Source: Patescibacteria group bacterium
GTDB taxonomy: Bacteria > Patescibacteriota > Minisyncoccia > Portnoybacterales > UBA2143
Assembly: GCA_018830295.1 (NCBI GenBank)
Contig: JAHJSM010000001.1
Span: 193,980-257,979, forward strand
Direction of reading: 5' to 3'
DNA: 64,000 nucleotides
This document shows positions 1 through 9,379 of this stretch, piece after piece; position 1 is the stretch's first letter; each line of letters opens with the position of its first letter. Under the pieces are notes generated by a model, which saw only the letters and a list, made by a program, of their open reading frames with translations, was not told the origin of the DNA and ran no database searches. Both the position numbers and the translations under genes were made by a program.

Positions 1-358
1 TAGCGTTCAAAACATATCTTTGATTGTCCGTCGCTACATAATATTGATAAGTTCCCGTCCCTGGGTCGGTCGGCACAGAAGCGATATAACCGCCTCCTTC
101 TATTGCTGTTTCCATGACCGCCCAACTATCAGCCCCAGCTGTTCCTGGATAACCTGTGCTTGTGTTATCGTCGTAATACATTTCCAATGCCAAAGCGACT
201 TGTCTCATATCGCTCACCCTTCGGACATCTCGCGCTTTCTCTCGAGCTGTGTTCAAAGAAACCAAAACAATTGTTGACAAAACGCCAATAATCGCGATAA
301 CCACCAAAAGTTCAATTAATGTAAAACCTTTTTGATTCTTCTTAAAAACTTGTAACAT
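1..358 (-). CDS. Type IV major pilin (3' end runs off window; not in the ORF track)
   Basis: Manual translation from ATG at 358: MLQVFKKNQKG|FTLIELLVVIAIIGVLSTIVLVSLNTAREKARDVRR..., a class III signal peptide; GAGGGG SD upstream. Confidence 0.9.
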   Translation of the reverse strand, partial: MLQVFKKNQKGFTLIELLVVIAIIGVLSTIVLVSLNTAREKARDVRRVSDMRQVALALEMYYDDNTSTGYPGTAGADSWAVMETAIEGGGYIASVPTDPGTGTYQYYVATDNQRYVLNA

Positions 359-387
359 TTTTTTCACCCCCTCTCATAATAGATAAA

Positions 388-1593
388 TTAAAACGCTCCC
401 GCCAAATTATAAATCGGAATAAAAACGGCAAAGACCAAAATACTAACGCCCACTCCTAATATCACAATCAAAAGCGGCTCAATAATTTGACTCAAATTAT
501 TCACAATATTATCTACTTCTTTACTATAAAAAATGCTAATTTTCTCTAAAATAATATCCAATTTTCCTGTTTTTTCGCCCGTTTTAACCATTTGAGAAAA
601 CAAAGGAGGAAATTCTTCGTGATTCTCTAAAACCGAACTGATGCTTTTTCCTACCTTAACATCGTCTCTCGCCTGAAAAATAATTTGCTGAAAAATCGCG
701 TTGCCCACAACTTGACCAGTGATATTCAAACTCTGAATAATAGAAACGCCGCCTTTAACTAAAGTGCCTAAGTTGTCGGCGATCCGCGCTAAATAGGTCT
801 TCTGAAAAATTTTCCCAAAAATAGGTATTTTAAGTTTAAACATGTCCCAATAAAATTTTCCTCGGGCAGTTTTCTTGTAGCGCGCAATAACAAAACCAAA
901 AACAATTAAAAAAGTTAAAATTAACCACCACGACCCTCTAATGAAATCGCTTGTCCAAATAACTATTTTAGTTGAAACGGGCAATTCTTGCTCGGCCTCA
1001 AGCAAAATAGAGGTAAGATTTGGAATAACCATCGTCATAACCAAGACGCCGACAATAATAAAAGCGCCCAAAATAAAAGCAGGGTAAGTCATCGCGCCGC
1101 GCACTTTAGAAATGAGATAAAATTCTTTTTCAAGGTAGTCGGCCAAATAATTGAGCGTTTCTTGAAGCCGCCCCGAGACCTCTCCCGACTTGATTAAATT
1201 AACGGAAAAAATAGAAAAAACCTTGGGATGCTTCCCCATCGCTTTTGAAAAAGCCATCCCTCCATCAACATCGCTCGCCGTCGCGCTGATAATATCTTTC
1301 AAAGAACGGCTTTCTGTTTGCTTGCTTAAGATATTCAATGACTGAACCAAAGGAACATCCGCGTCAACCAAAATAGCCAACTGCCTAAAAAAAACGAAAA
1401 TATCTTTTCTTTTAATTCTATTAAAAATTTTAATTTCTCTGCTAATAAGGGGCGCTCTCCCTCCGATTTTTAAATTGACCACGATTAACCCTTTATCTTG
1501 CAAAATTTTAAGAGCGGCTGAATAATCAGACGCTTCAATCACTCCTGTTTGGGTCTCTCCTTTTTGGTCGCGCGCAAGATAATTAAACTTCAT
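388..1593 (-). CDS. pilC: Type IV pilus inner-membrane platform protein (PilC/GspF)
   Basis: Two T2SSF repeats (FFRQLAILVDADVPL, GEVSGRL, GEKTGKLD, IEPLLIV). Confidence 0.93.
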   Translation of the reverse strand: MKFNYLARDQKGETQTGVIEASDYSAALKILQDKGLIVVNLKIGGRAPLISREIKIFNRIKRKDIFVFFRQLAILVDADVPLVQSLNILSKQTESRSLKDIISATASDVDGGMAFSKAMGKHPKVFSIFSVNLIKSGEVSGRLQETLNYLADYLEKEFYLISKVRGAMTYPAFILGAFIIVGVLVMTMVIPNLTSILLEAEQELPVSTKIVIWTSDFIRGSWWLILTFLIVFGFVIARYKKTARGKFYWDMFKLKIPIFGKIFQKTYLARIADNLGTLVKGGVSIIQSLNITGQVVGNAIFQQIIFQARDDVKVGKSISSVLENHEEFPPLFSQMVKTGEKTGKLDIILEKISIFYSKEVDNIVNNLSQIIEPLLIVILGVGVSILVFAVFIPIYNLAGAF

Positions 1594-1599
1594 AAAAAT

Positions 1600-2676
1600 T
1601 TAGTTTTTTAACAGCATTTTTAACTCTGAAAGATTGATTGAATTTTTTTCGGCCTCCTCTAAGGATATTAATTCTCTATTAACCAAATCAGCCAAAGAAC
1701 GGTTGAGCGAAATCATCCCTTCTTTTGAACTTGTTTCAATAACCATATCTATTTGATGGGTTTTCCCTTCGCGAATTAAATTTCTAATAGCAGAATTGGC
1801 GATCATTAACTCAACAGCGTTAATTATCCCACCTTTTAGACAAGGAAGCAAGCGCCGTGAAAGAATGCCTAAAATGTTGGAAGCAAGTTGCGTCCTAATT
1901 TGACCTTGTTGATGAGGAGGAAAACTGTCAATAATTCTATCAACCGTCTGCGCGGCCGTGTTAGTATGGAGAGTGGTTAAAACCAAGTGCCCCGTTTCGG
2001 CGGCTGTGACGGCGCTGCTGATTGTTTCTGGATCGCGCATCTCACCGATCATAATCACATCCGGGTCCTGCCGAAGAACTTCGCGCAATCCGCGATGAAA
2101 GTTTTGAACATCATCACCCACTTCCCTTTGGTCAATAATACATTTATCTTGTATAAAAAGATGCTCAACCGGATCTTCAATCGTGACGATATGGTCCTGT
2201 CTTGTGTGATTGATTTCATTCACAATCGCCGCCAATGCGGCTGATTTTCCTTGTCCGGAAGGTCCAACCGCCAGAAAAAATCCTTGAGGCGCCTCGGCAA
2301 ACTGATGACAAATTAGCGGCAAATTTAATTCCTCAATTGTTCTGATTTTACTGGGGATAAGACGCAAAGCAACGCTAATTTTTCCTAATTGATAATAGAC
2401 ATTAACTCTAAAACGCGCCTTATCTTCATACGCAAAAGACAAATCAATATCTCTTTGCGCGTTAAACTGCTCTCTTCTTTCTTCGTTCAAAATCACATAA
2501 GCCAAGCCCTGCGTATCTTCATTTGTTAAAACTTGGTCTTTGTCTGAAAAAACCAAATTTCCATTAATTCTTAAAATAAAAGGACGACCCGAAGAAAGGT
2601 GAATATCAGTCGCTTCTTTTTCAACCGCCAAAGCAAGGATTTCATCTAATTTTTGTTTATATTGTTCGTTAGTCAT
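1600..2676 (-). CDS. pilT: Type IV pilus retraction ATPase PilT (start probably ATG 2676)
   Basis: GPSGQGKS Walker A, TIEDPVE, LRQDPDVIMIGEMRD, GHLVLTTLH, AIRNLIRE motif. Confidence 0.93.
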   Translation of the reverse strand: MTNEQYKQKLDEILALAVEKEATDIHLSSGRPFILRINGNLVFSDKDQVLTNEDTQGLAYVILNEERREQFNAQRDIDLSFAYEDKARFRVNVYYQLGKISVALRLIPSKIRTIEELNLPLICHQFAEAPQGFFLAVGPSGQGKSAALAAIVNEINHTRQDHIVTIEDPVEHLFIQDKCIIDQREVGDDVQNFHRGLREVLRQDPDVIMIGEMRDPETISSAVTAAETGHLVLTTLHTNTAAQTVDRIIDSFPPHQQGQIRTQLASNILGILSRRLLPCLKGGIINAVELMIANSAIRNLIREGKTHQIDMVIETSSKEGMISLNRSLADLVNRELISLEEAEKNSINLSELKMLLKN

Positions 2677-2734
2677 AATATTAATATACGCGCTCGCGCC
2701 TAAACTCATTCCTTTTTTCATAATTTCTATTACT

Positions 2735-3163
2735 CTACGGAGAGACCTCATTCAATCCCGCCGCTTTATCGTGAATAGAATTTGTTTCTAAATAATACTG
2801 GATAAAATATGTCGCTCCCGTTAGTGACTGATAATAATATTTATAAGTTACCCCGCCCATAACATCGTTAATCGGGTCAACGGGCGCTTTTGACATAACC
2901 ACATCCCCGCTCAAAGCAACCGACATCGCGTCATCGCCTATAATATATCCATCGTAAATCGGGTAAACGCTGCGATTATTGTTATACATCGCCAGTCCGT
3001 CCATAATGGACTTAACATCACCAACCCGTCTAACATCGCGGCTTTTGGCTCTAATTCCTTCAACGCTAAATAAGACAATCGTTGACAAAAGGCCAAGAAT
3101 CGCCACAACCACCAAAAGTTCAATCAAAGTGAACCCAGCTCTTTTGTTTTTGTTTTTTTTCAT
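2735..3163 (-). CDS. Type IV pilin / pseudopilin
   Basis: KRAG|FTLIELLVVVAILGLL N-methylation motif. Confidence 0.9.
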   Translation of the reverse strand: MKKNKNKRAGFTLIELLVVVAILGLLSTIVLFSVEGIRAKSRDVRRVGDVKSIMDGLAMYNNNRSVYPIYDGYIIGDDAMSVALSGDVVMSKAPVDPINDVMGGVTYKYYYQSLTGATYFIQYYLETNSIHDKAAGLNEVSP

Positions 3164-3167
3164 ATTT

Positions 3168-4826
3168 TTACTCCTCAACCACCCTTAACATTTCCTCAAA
3201 AGAAATTAACCCTTGGAGCGCCTTATTAACGCCATCTTGCTTCATTGTAAGCATCCCTTGTCTTTTTGCTTCTTCTTCCATTTTTGCCTCGTTCACTCCT
3301 TCGTTGACAATACTTTCTAATTGAGGAGTCATTTTTAACATTTCATAAAGAGCTAACCGACCTTTTGTCCCTTTATTACTACAAAATTTACACCCGACCG
3401 GACGATAAATTTTAAACGGTTTTTCGTAGGGAAAATCCTTTTTTTGAAATGGATATAAAGTAATCAAACTTTTCTCAATTTCTTTTTCCATCGGCAACGG
3501 CGCAATTGTCTCTTTCTTACAATGAGGACAAAGTCGCCTAACTAATCTTTGCGCGATTACCAAATTCATTGAGGCGGGTATAAGGAAAGAACTAATTCCC
3601 ATATCGATCAAGCGGGGAATCACGCCTATGGCATTATTGGTATGAATTGTGGAAAGAAGAATATGCCCCGTTAAAGCAGAATGAATCGCCAACCCAGCCG
3701 TTTCTTCATCTCTAATCTCTCCAACCATAATAATGTCCGGGTCTTGCCTCAAAATATGCCTCAAGCCAGAAGCAAAAGTATATTTAATGTCAGGCCTAAT
3801 CTGGGACTGGTTAACTCCTTCAATATAATATTCCACAGGGTCTTCCAAACTCACAATATTAACCTCCTCTTGATTCAGTCCGCTTAAAATGGCGTAGAGA
3901 GTGGTTGACTTTCCTGAACCCGTCGGACCACTAATTAGTATCATGCCAAACGGCTGTTTGATCGCTGCTTCCAGTATTTTTAGATTATAACCCTGAACTC
4001 CTAATTCGGCAAAATCCCTTAAACTAGCCGATGGGTCCAAAACCCTTAAAACAACCTTCTCTCCGCCAACTGTTGGAAAAGTGGAGACCCTAAAATCAAT
4101 TTTTTTTCCGCCGACTGGCGCGTGAAATCTCCCATCCTGAGGAACTCTTGACTCGTCAATTTTTAAATTTGAAAGAATTTTAATACGAGAGACAACCGCT
4201 AAATGAATTTCTTTCGGCAAAATTAAACTCTTGTGAAGAATTCCGTCAACTCTGAAACGAACTTGCACTCTATCTTCAATTGGCTCAATATGAATATCCG
4301 ACGCCGCGCCCTCAGCAGCGTGCTTAAGAATAACAGCGACTATTTTAGTAATGGGCGCTTCTGTAACTATTTTTCTAGCTATCTCCGATGTTTCGTCCTG
4401 AATCGGCCTAACTTTTTTTTCTGTCTTTAATTCTTTTTCCAGCTCCTCAAGAGCTTTTTTAACCTCCGAACGAAAACTGCGATATTGCTTCAAAACATTT
4501 TTGAAATCTGTCTGACTAATAAGAAATATTCTTGTTTCTAACCCGCTCCGCTGGACAATAAATCTCAAGGCCTCTCTCGCTTTAAGATTATCCGGATCAA
4601 TCATCCCCACATCCAAAACATTTTTTTCTTTAGCAATAGGGGCAAGGCCGTAAAAAATAACTGCTTCTTCAGGAATTTCTTTCAACGCCTCCACTGGAAT
4701 TGTCTTCCCTGTTAAATCAGCGAAAGGGACGCCCATCGCCTCCGCTCTTTCTCTTGTCGCGCGCGCGTCTTCCTCTTCGTTTTTTTGAACATCTTTTTTA
4801 ACAGAACTCATATTAATTTTCATCAA
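3168..4826 (-). CDS. pilB: Type IV pilus extension ATPase PilB/GspE
   Basis: ASDIHIEP, GPTGSGKST, LRQDPDIIMVGEIRD, CPHC...CKFC zinc motif. Confidence 0.93.
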   Translation of the reverse strand: MMKINMSSVKKDVQKNEEEDARATRERAEAMGVPFADLTGKTIPVEALKEIPEEAVIFYGLAPIAKEKNVLDVGMIDPDNLKAREALRFIVQRSGLETRIFLISQTDFKNVLKQYRSFRSEVKKALEELEKELKTEKKVRPIQDETSEIARKIVTEAPITKIVAVILKHAAEGAASDIHIEPIEDRVQVRFRVDGILHKSLILPKEIHLAVVSRIKILSNLKIDESRVPQDGRFHAPVGGKKIDFRVSTFPTVGGEKVVLRVLDPSASLRDFAELGVQGYNLKILEAAIKQPFGMILISGPTGSGKSTTLYAILSGLNQEEVNIVSLEDPVEYYIEGVNQSQIRPDIKYTFASGLRHILRQDPDIIMVGEIRDEETAGLAIHSALTGHILLSTIHTNNAIGVIPRLIDMGISSFLIPASMNLVIAQRLVRRLCPHCKKETIAPLPMEKEIEKSLITLYPFQKKDFPYEKPFKIYRPVGCKFCSNKGTKGRLALYEMLKMTPQLESIVNEGVNEAKMEEEAKRQGMLTMKQDGVNKALQGLISFEEMLRVVEE

Positions 4827-5182
4827 TAGGGCAAAAATGGGTTAGCCCGCCCTTTTTCGTCTACCTGCAATGGCCACTCTCCGTAAATTTTTAAATTTCG
4901 CAAATATGGATTTTCCAAAAAATCAGTGTCAAAATTCATTTTTTTAATAACGACACTCGGCGCCGCGTTTTTTTCTTCTGTAACGACAAACTCAACGCTG
5001 GAAGGTTCCTCGCTTAACGAAGGCGAAGTTGGAGTTGGAGTTGGAGTTGGAGAACGCCAAAAACCAAAATACAAAATAACAACCGATATTAAAACAGTCG
5101 CCACTAAAATAACTAACATTAACCGTTGTTTTTTGTCTTCTGGTGTTAAGATAGAATTTACTGAAAATATTTTAAAATTCAT
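4823..5182 (-). CDS. Small single-TM protein in PilP position
   Basis: One TM helix, PT linker, C-terminal GRANPF; position after pilO. Confidence 0.55.
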   Translation of the reverse strand: MNFKIFSVNSILTPEDKKQRLMLVILVATVLISVVILYFGFWRSPTPTPTPTSPSLSEEPSSVEFVVTEEKNAAPSVVIKKMNFDTDFLENPYLRNLKIYGEWPLQVDEKGRANPFLPY

Positions 5183-5184
5183 AT

Positions 5185-5799
5185 TTATATAGAAGGTCTG
5201 TAATAAACTTTCACGACCAAATTAAACTCAAAAATTCCTAATTGCTCAAAAGAGCCATCTTCTTTTTTTTCAGAAACCTTAAAATTAACTTGCTCAATAT
5301 CCATTGAACGAACATTATTTTCCAAACTATTCAAATAACTTTTAAACGCCTCATAAGAACCAACTGCTCTTATATTCGCCGAAAAAGTAGCGATGCCTTC
5401 TGGAAGTTGCGCGCCTTGGTTTGTCTCTTGAGACGACGATTGAACACTGCTTCTGCGAGAAGCTGCTTGTACCTCTTCTATTTTGCCGAATTCTATTCCT
5501 TCCAACAATAATCCGTTTTGCAAAGCCAGTCCCTCAAATTGGACCAGTAAATAAGAAATTTCCTCCTCCTCGGGTAGAGACAAAATAATTTTTAGCGCTT
5601 CCTCTTTTGATTCCAAATATTTCTGCTCAAGCTGGCGGCTCTTTGCCAAAAGATTTTCAACTTCAACCGCTTCCTGCTTAAGTCCAATTATATCGGTTCT
5701 TAAAATTTTGGCCGAAGACCAAAGAGGAGCAATCACAAAAGAAGCCAAACCAACGGCGGCAACAAAACAAACTAAACTGATAATGATTTTACTTTTCAT
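5185..5799 (-). CDS. pilO: PilO-like pilus assembly protein
   Basis: N-terminal TM, coiled coil, LP..EISYLL, GSYEAFKSYLNSLENNVR. Confidence 0.75.
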   Translation of the reverse strand: MKSKIIISLVCFVAAVGLASFVIAPLWSSAKILRTDIIGLKQEAVEVENLLAKSRQLEQKYLESKEEALKIILSLPEEEEISYLLVQFEGLALQNGLLLEGIEFGKIEEVQAASRRSSVQSSSQETNQGAQLPEGIATFSANIRAVGSYEAFKSYLNSLENNVRSMDIEQVNFKVSEKKEDGSFEQLGIFEFNLVVKVYYRPSI

Positions 5800-5803
5800 A
5801 AAA

Positions 5804-6382
5804 TTAACGACGCAAAAAGCTCGAGTTTATTTCTAACGAAAATTCTGAATTAATTTCGCCCGACTCACCCAGTGAAATTTCCGCGATATCAACCTTCTTT
5901 ATCCGAGAATCCTCCTTAAATACAATAAACTGTTTTGCTAAAGTGTTATAATCCGCCGTTTCAACTTTTAATTTTATAATCATTTGAGATAAATCCGCCC
6001 TTAAGTCAATAAAACGGACGCGAGACAGAGCTGACTCTTCAAGCATTCCGAAAATTCGAGATGAGTAAAGACGCGTTGTCCAAACATTTTTTAGAACATC
6101 AATTTTATCTTTCAGTTCAGTAAAGTCAGCCTCCAATTTCAAATCCCTTTGGTTTTGCAGCGCTTCCACATTGCTCGCGAACCCTTCCTTTTCATTGGCT
6201 AAGTCATTTCTATATCCTATTGCCCAAAAACAACCAAAAACGGCTCCAGCGAGCAAAATCAAAGACAAAACCAGCCAAAGATTCGCTTTGGAAGAAAAAT
6301 AAAAACCAACTCCAGAAAAACCAGTTGCCAGTTTGGAATCTTCGTCTTTATTATATTTTTCCGGTATTAATTTAAAATCCAT
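5804..6382 (-). CDS. pilN: PilN-like pilus assembly protein
   Basis: N-terminal LIP motif, TM, coiled coil; between pilM and pilO. Confidence 0.6.
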   Translation of the reverse strand: MDFKLIPEKYNKDEDSKLATGFSGVGFYFSSKANLWLVLSLILLAGAVFGCFWAIGYRNDLANEKEGFASNVEALQNQRDLKLEADFTELKDKIDVLKNVWTTRLYSSRIFGMLEESALSRVRFIDLRADLSQMIIKLKVETADYNTLAKQFIVFKEDSRIKKVDIAEISLGESGEINSEFSLEINSSFLRR

Positions 6383-6383
6383 A

Positions 6384-7433
6384 TTACCCTCTCATTGATA
6401 ACCCCACCGCCACCGCTAATGGAGGACCTATCTCCTTCAAAATTGGGGCAAGTTCAGGCGGATAAAATACTCTAGCAAAAGGATTGCCCAAAGAAACATC
6501 GATGCTTAATTTAGTGGTTAAATAATCAGCGAAACCAACTAAACGAATTCCATCACCCACTAAAATACATTTTTCAACTCTTCTGCTATACTTACTTTGG
6601 TACGCCTCAATTATTTTTCTTATCTCAACAATAATAGCCCCCAGTGTTGAGTAACCAACCCCTTTTAATCGCGAAAATTGCTCGCCTTCCCCTGACATTT
6701 CCTTTTTTAAATTTTCCGCCTTCTCTAAATCAAGATTCATTTGTTGGGCAATGGCTTGCGTCACCTTAACTCCGCCCATTTCTAAATCATGAACAACTCT
6801 AATATATCCACCATCAACAATACCGATGTTAATTGAACGCGCGCCGACATCCACCAAAACCATAACGCTTTTATCATTACCAACCAACGCTCGGCCTAAA
6901 CTAAATGTCTCTTCTTCCATGCCGCGAGAGACAAGACCTGCTAACTTGCTAATTTGGGTATAAGTGTCAATAACCTTCTTGGGAGCAGCAATGACCATGG
7001 CCTGGCGGCCAGATTGTTTCCCGGGCAAATCCATAACATTCCAATCTAAAACCAATTCCGAAACTGGCACAGGAATATGCTTTCTCGCTTCAAGGGGAAC
7101 AGCCGCGGCAATTTCTTTTTCAGGCATATTAGGAAAATCAATTAGAGTGGAAAAACTAGAATACGCAGGAATAGAAAAATACGCGTCACGGGCGGTAATT
7201 TTTGCCTCTTTAATGGCCTCTTTAATTACCTCTGCGATTTCTCCGCTATCGGCGTTTAGAAGTTCACTATCAGATTGGCTACCAACTTTTTTAAGATAAT
7301 CAGATAGGGGCGCGATTGCATAATTAATCAACTTAAACCTTCCCTTCTCTTTGCCCAACTCAACCAATTTGACAGCCGAAGCGCCAACATCAATACCTAA
7401 AAAACTTTTCGGATTTTTTTTAAACAAAAACAT
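6384..7433 (-). CDS. pilM: Type IV pilus assembly protein PilM
   Basis: LGIDVGASAVKLVEL actin-like fold, EARKHIP, VDVGA, AVAVGL. Confidence 0.9.
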   Translation of the reverse strand: MFLFKKNPKSFLGIDVGASAVKLVELGKEKGRFKLINYAIAPLSDYLKKVGSQSDSELLNADSGEIAEVIKEAIKEAKITARDAYFSIPAYSSFSTLIDFPNMPEKEIAAAVPLEARKHIPVPVSELVLDWNVMDLPGKQSGRQAMVIAAPKKVIDTYTQISKLAGLVSRGMEEETFSLGRALVGNDKSVMVLVDVGARSINIGIVDGGYIRVVHDLEMGGVKVTQAIAQQMNLDLEKAENLKKEMSGEGEQFSRLKGVGYSTLGAIIVEIRKIIEAYQSKYSRRVEKCILVGDGIRLVGFADYLTTKLSIDVSLGNPFARVFYPPELAPILKEIGPPLAVAVGLSMRG

Positions 7434-7478
7434 TATTTATCATTATTGTATCACACCCCTCCAACTAATCAAAAATAA

Positions 7479-7487
7479 TTATCCACA
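7479..7487 (+). promoter_or_regulatory. Perfect DnaA-box consensus in pilM-comF intergenic region
   Basis: TTATCCACA; single copy. Confidence 0.35.
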
Positions 7488-7499
7488 GTCAGAGAATTC

Positions 7500-7599
7500 A
7501 GAAAGAAATTCAAGGTCAGACCTTCCCATCAGTTTGTCACTAAATAATAAGCAGTCGTGATAATGTCGTTTTGAAAGGTCTGACCTTTAATTTCTTTCT
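7500..7599. repeat. REPIN/MITE-like element with ~26-bp imperfect terminal inverted repeats containing AAGGTC(A/T)GACCTT palindromes
   Basis: agaaagaaattcAAGGTCAGACCTTc ... gaAAGGTCTGACCTTtaatttctttct. Confidence 0.7.
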
Positions 7600-7627
7600 T
7601 TCCGCTAATATGTGTTATGATGTTTTC

Positions 7628-8263
7628 ATGAAAAAATTCATTCTCGCTACTCTCTTCCCCATCCAATGCCTCGCCTGTGGGAGCGAAGGAAAATTTATCT
7701 GCCCCTCATGTCTTGAACAAATTCCTCTTAACTCGGAACCAAGCGCCGCGACTAATTACGAAAACCCCCTTATTAAAAAAGCCATCCATCACTACAAATA
7801 TAATTTCGTCCAAGAACTCTCTATCCCTCTCGGAGCCCTCATGGCAAAAAAACTAAATTCTTGGGGACAGTCCCCCAATTTGGGGGCTGCCCCCAAGAAT
7901 TGCATTCTCGTCCCCGTTCCCCTCCACAAAAAACGGCTCCGCTGGCGCGGCTTTAACCAATCAGAACTCCTCGCTCAAGAAATATCCAAACAATTAAATA
8001 TCCCTGTCGCTAGCGATATTTTAATCCGAACTAAAAACACCCAGCCCCAAGCCAAAATAGAAAACCCCGCCCAAAGAAAAGCAAACCTCCAAAACGCCTT
8101 TGCTCTACGCCATTGGGGACAGTCCCTGCCGCGGGGACTGTCCCCAATAACTATTATTTTAGTTGACGACATCGCGACCACCGGCGCCACCCTCCAAGAA
8201 TGCGCCAAAGCCCTAGCCCCCCTCAAACCAAAATCCATCCAAGCCCTGGTCTTGGCACGCTAA
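7628..8263 (+). CDS. comF: ComF family competence protein (two in-frame palindrome insertions)
   Basis: FPIQCLAC/ICPSC zinc ribbon, VPVPLH..RLRWRGFNQS, LVDDIATTGATL PRT motif. Confidence 0.9.
   Translation: MKKFILATLFPIQCLACGSEGKFICPSCLEQIPLNSEPSAATNYENPLIKKAIHHYKYNFVQELSIPLGALMAKKLNSWGQSPNLGAAPKNCILVPVPLHKKRLRWRGFNQSELLAQEISKQLNIPVASDILIRTKNTQPQAKIENPAQRKANLQNAFALRHWGQSLPRGLSPITIILVDDIATTGATLQECAKALAPLKPKSIQALVLAR
7856..7901. repeat. G4 palindromic doublet, in frame in comF (hybrid of both subtypes)
   Basis: aattcttGGGGACAGTCCCCcaatttGGGGGCTGCCCCCaagaatt. Confidence 0.85.
8112..8148. repeat. G4 palindromic doublet, in frame in comF
   Basis: attGGGGACAGTCCCtgccgcGGGGACTGTCCCCaat. Confidence 0.85.
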
Positions 8264-8302
8264 GATGGGGGCTGCCCCCGCAACGGGGGCAGCCCCCATC
8301 TT
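8262..8302. repeat. G4 palindromic doublet, intergenic
   Basis: aagatGGGGGCTGCCCCCgcaacGGGGGCAGCCCCCatctt. Confidence 0.9.
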
Positions 8303-8338
8303 GCTAAAACACAAGAATCAAAGTATGATACGAAGCAC

Positions 8339-8423
8339 GGAGAGGTGCCAGAGTGGCCGAATGGGGCATCCTGCTAAGATGTTGCGCCTCCGGGCGCCGA
8401 GGGTTCGAATCCCTCCCTCTCCG
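8339..8423 (+). tRNA. tRNA-Ser(GCT)
   Basis: GGAGAGG acceptor, anticodon arm gcatc-ctGCTaa-gatgt, long variable arm, GGTTCGAATCC. Confidence 0.93.
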
Positions 8424-8483
8424 CCTTCGCCCGCCGAAGCGGGCTTCGGCGGACACAGTCCGCCTGAAGATTGCGTAGGCGGG
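8424..8483. repeat. tRNA-abutting GC-rich palindromic element (copy 1)
   Basis: ccttcgcccgccgaagcgggcttcggcggacacagtccgcctgaagattgcgtaggcggg; near-identical copy at 38386-38478. Confidence 0.8.
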
Positions 8484-8504
8484 CAGCATCCGCCATTTAA
8501 TTTA

Positions 8505-8594
8505 GGAGAGGTTCCAGAGCGGCCGAATGGGACGGTCTTGAAAACCGTTGAGCCTTCACAGGCTCCCAGGGTTCGAATCCCTGCCTCTCCGCCA
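8505..8594 (+). tRNA. tRNA-Ser(TGA)
   Basis: acggt-ctTGAaa-accgt; long variable arm; encoded CCA. Confidence 0.93.
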
Positions 8595-8616
8595 AATTAT
8601 AAAACAGAAAATAACC

Positions 8617-9258
8617 ATGGCGAAAATTGTAGACCTTCGGGGAAAATATATAGAAAGCGAAACTGAAGAAAATTCGGAGGAATTTTTGAGGTTCGCGCGA
8701 TTGCAAAAAGAACGACGGAAAGAGAAAAAAAAGAAACCAAAAAAAAGCGAGTCAAAACCCAAAAAAATCGCGCCAAAAAAACGCGAAAAAATAAAAACTG
8801 ATTTGAGTTTGGAATGGAACGCCCCTGAATTTTTCTATTTTGAAAAAACAGAAATTTGGTTTGTTGTGAGTGGGCTCATCGCCATCGCCCTTTTTCTTTG
8901 GGCGCTTTGGACAAGAAATATTTTTTTCGCCCTAATAATTATCTTGGGATATTTTATTATAACCGCTTACGCTATTAAAAAACCGAGAAAGATCGCGGCA
9001 AAAATAACGGCTGAAGGAATTAAAATTGACAGAGCGCTTTATCCGTATGATAATCTAAAATCATTCTGGATTTTTTATGAACCGCCCACGCTCAAAGAAA
9101 TCAGCGTTTTAAGCAGAAAAAAAATAATGCCCCACATAAAAATCCCCTTGGGCGAACAAGACCCTGTCGCGGCGAGAAAAGCCCTCATCCAATACCTCCC
9201 CGAAAAAAGACAAGAAGAATCCTTGACTGACAACCTGTCAAGACAAATAAAATTCTAA
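8617..9258 (+). CDS. Conserved-looking membrane protein (2 TM plus PH-like C-terminal domain)
   Basis: Lys-rich N-terminus, LEWNAPEF, two TMs, YPYDNLKSFWI; start moved past tRNA to ATG 8617. Confidence 0.7.
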   Translation: MAKIVDLRGKYIESETEENSEEFLRFARLQKERRKEKKKKPKKSESKPKKIAPKKREKIKTDLSLEWNAPEFFYFEKTEIWFVVSGLIAIALFLWALWTRNIFFALIIILGYFIITAYAIKKPRKIAAKITAEGIKIDRALYPYDNLKSFWIFYEPPTLKEISVLSRKKIMPHIKIPLGEQDPVAARKALIQYLPEKRQEESLTDNLSRQIKF

Positions 9259-9264
9259 CCCTGT

Positions 9265-9299
9265 ATGGGGGCTGCCCCCGCAACGGGGGCAGCCCCCAT
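9265..9299. repeat. G4 palindromic doublet, intergenic
   Basis: atGGGGGCTGCCCCCgcaacGGGGGCAGCCCCCat, identical to 8265 copy. Confidence 0.9.
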
Positions 9300-9303
9300 C
9301 ATC

Positions 9304-9379
9304 GTCCTCGTAGCTCAGTGGATAGAGCGCTTCCTTGCGGAGGAAGAAGTCACAGGTTCAAATCCTGTCGAGGACACCA
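9304..9379 (+). tRNA. tRNA-Arg(GCG)
   Basis: GTCCTCG acceptor, cttcc-ttGCGga-ggaag, encoded CCA. Confidence 0.9.

Noticed and set aside
5028-5051. (GTTGGA)4 tandem repeat
   Set aside because: Encodes an ordinary Pro-Thr linker
7479-7487. Replication origin
   Set aside because: A single DnaA box with no cluster and no dnaA nearby
8265-8666. 133-aa ORF starting MGAAPATGAAP, and the same N-terminal extension on recG (9265)
   Set aside because: The ATG is supplied by the palindromic repeat and the frames run through tRNA genes; spurious
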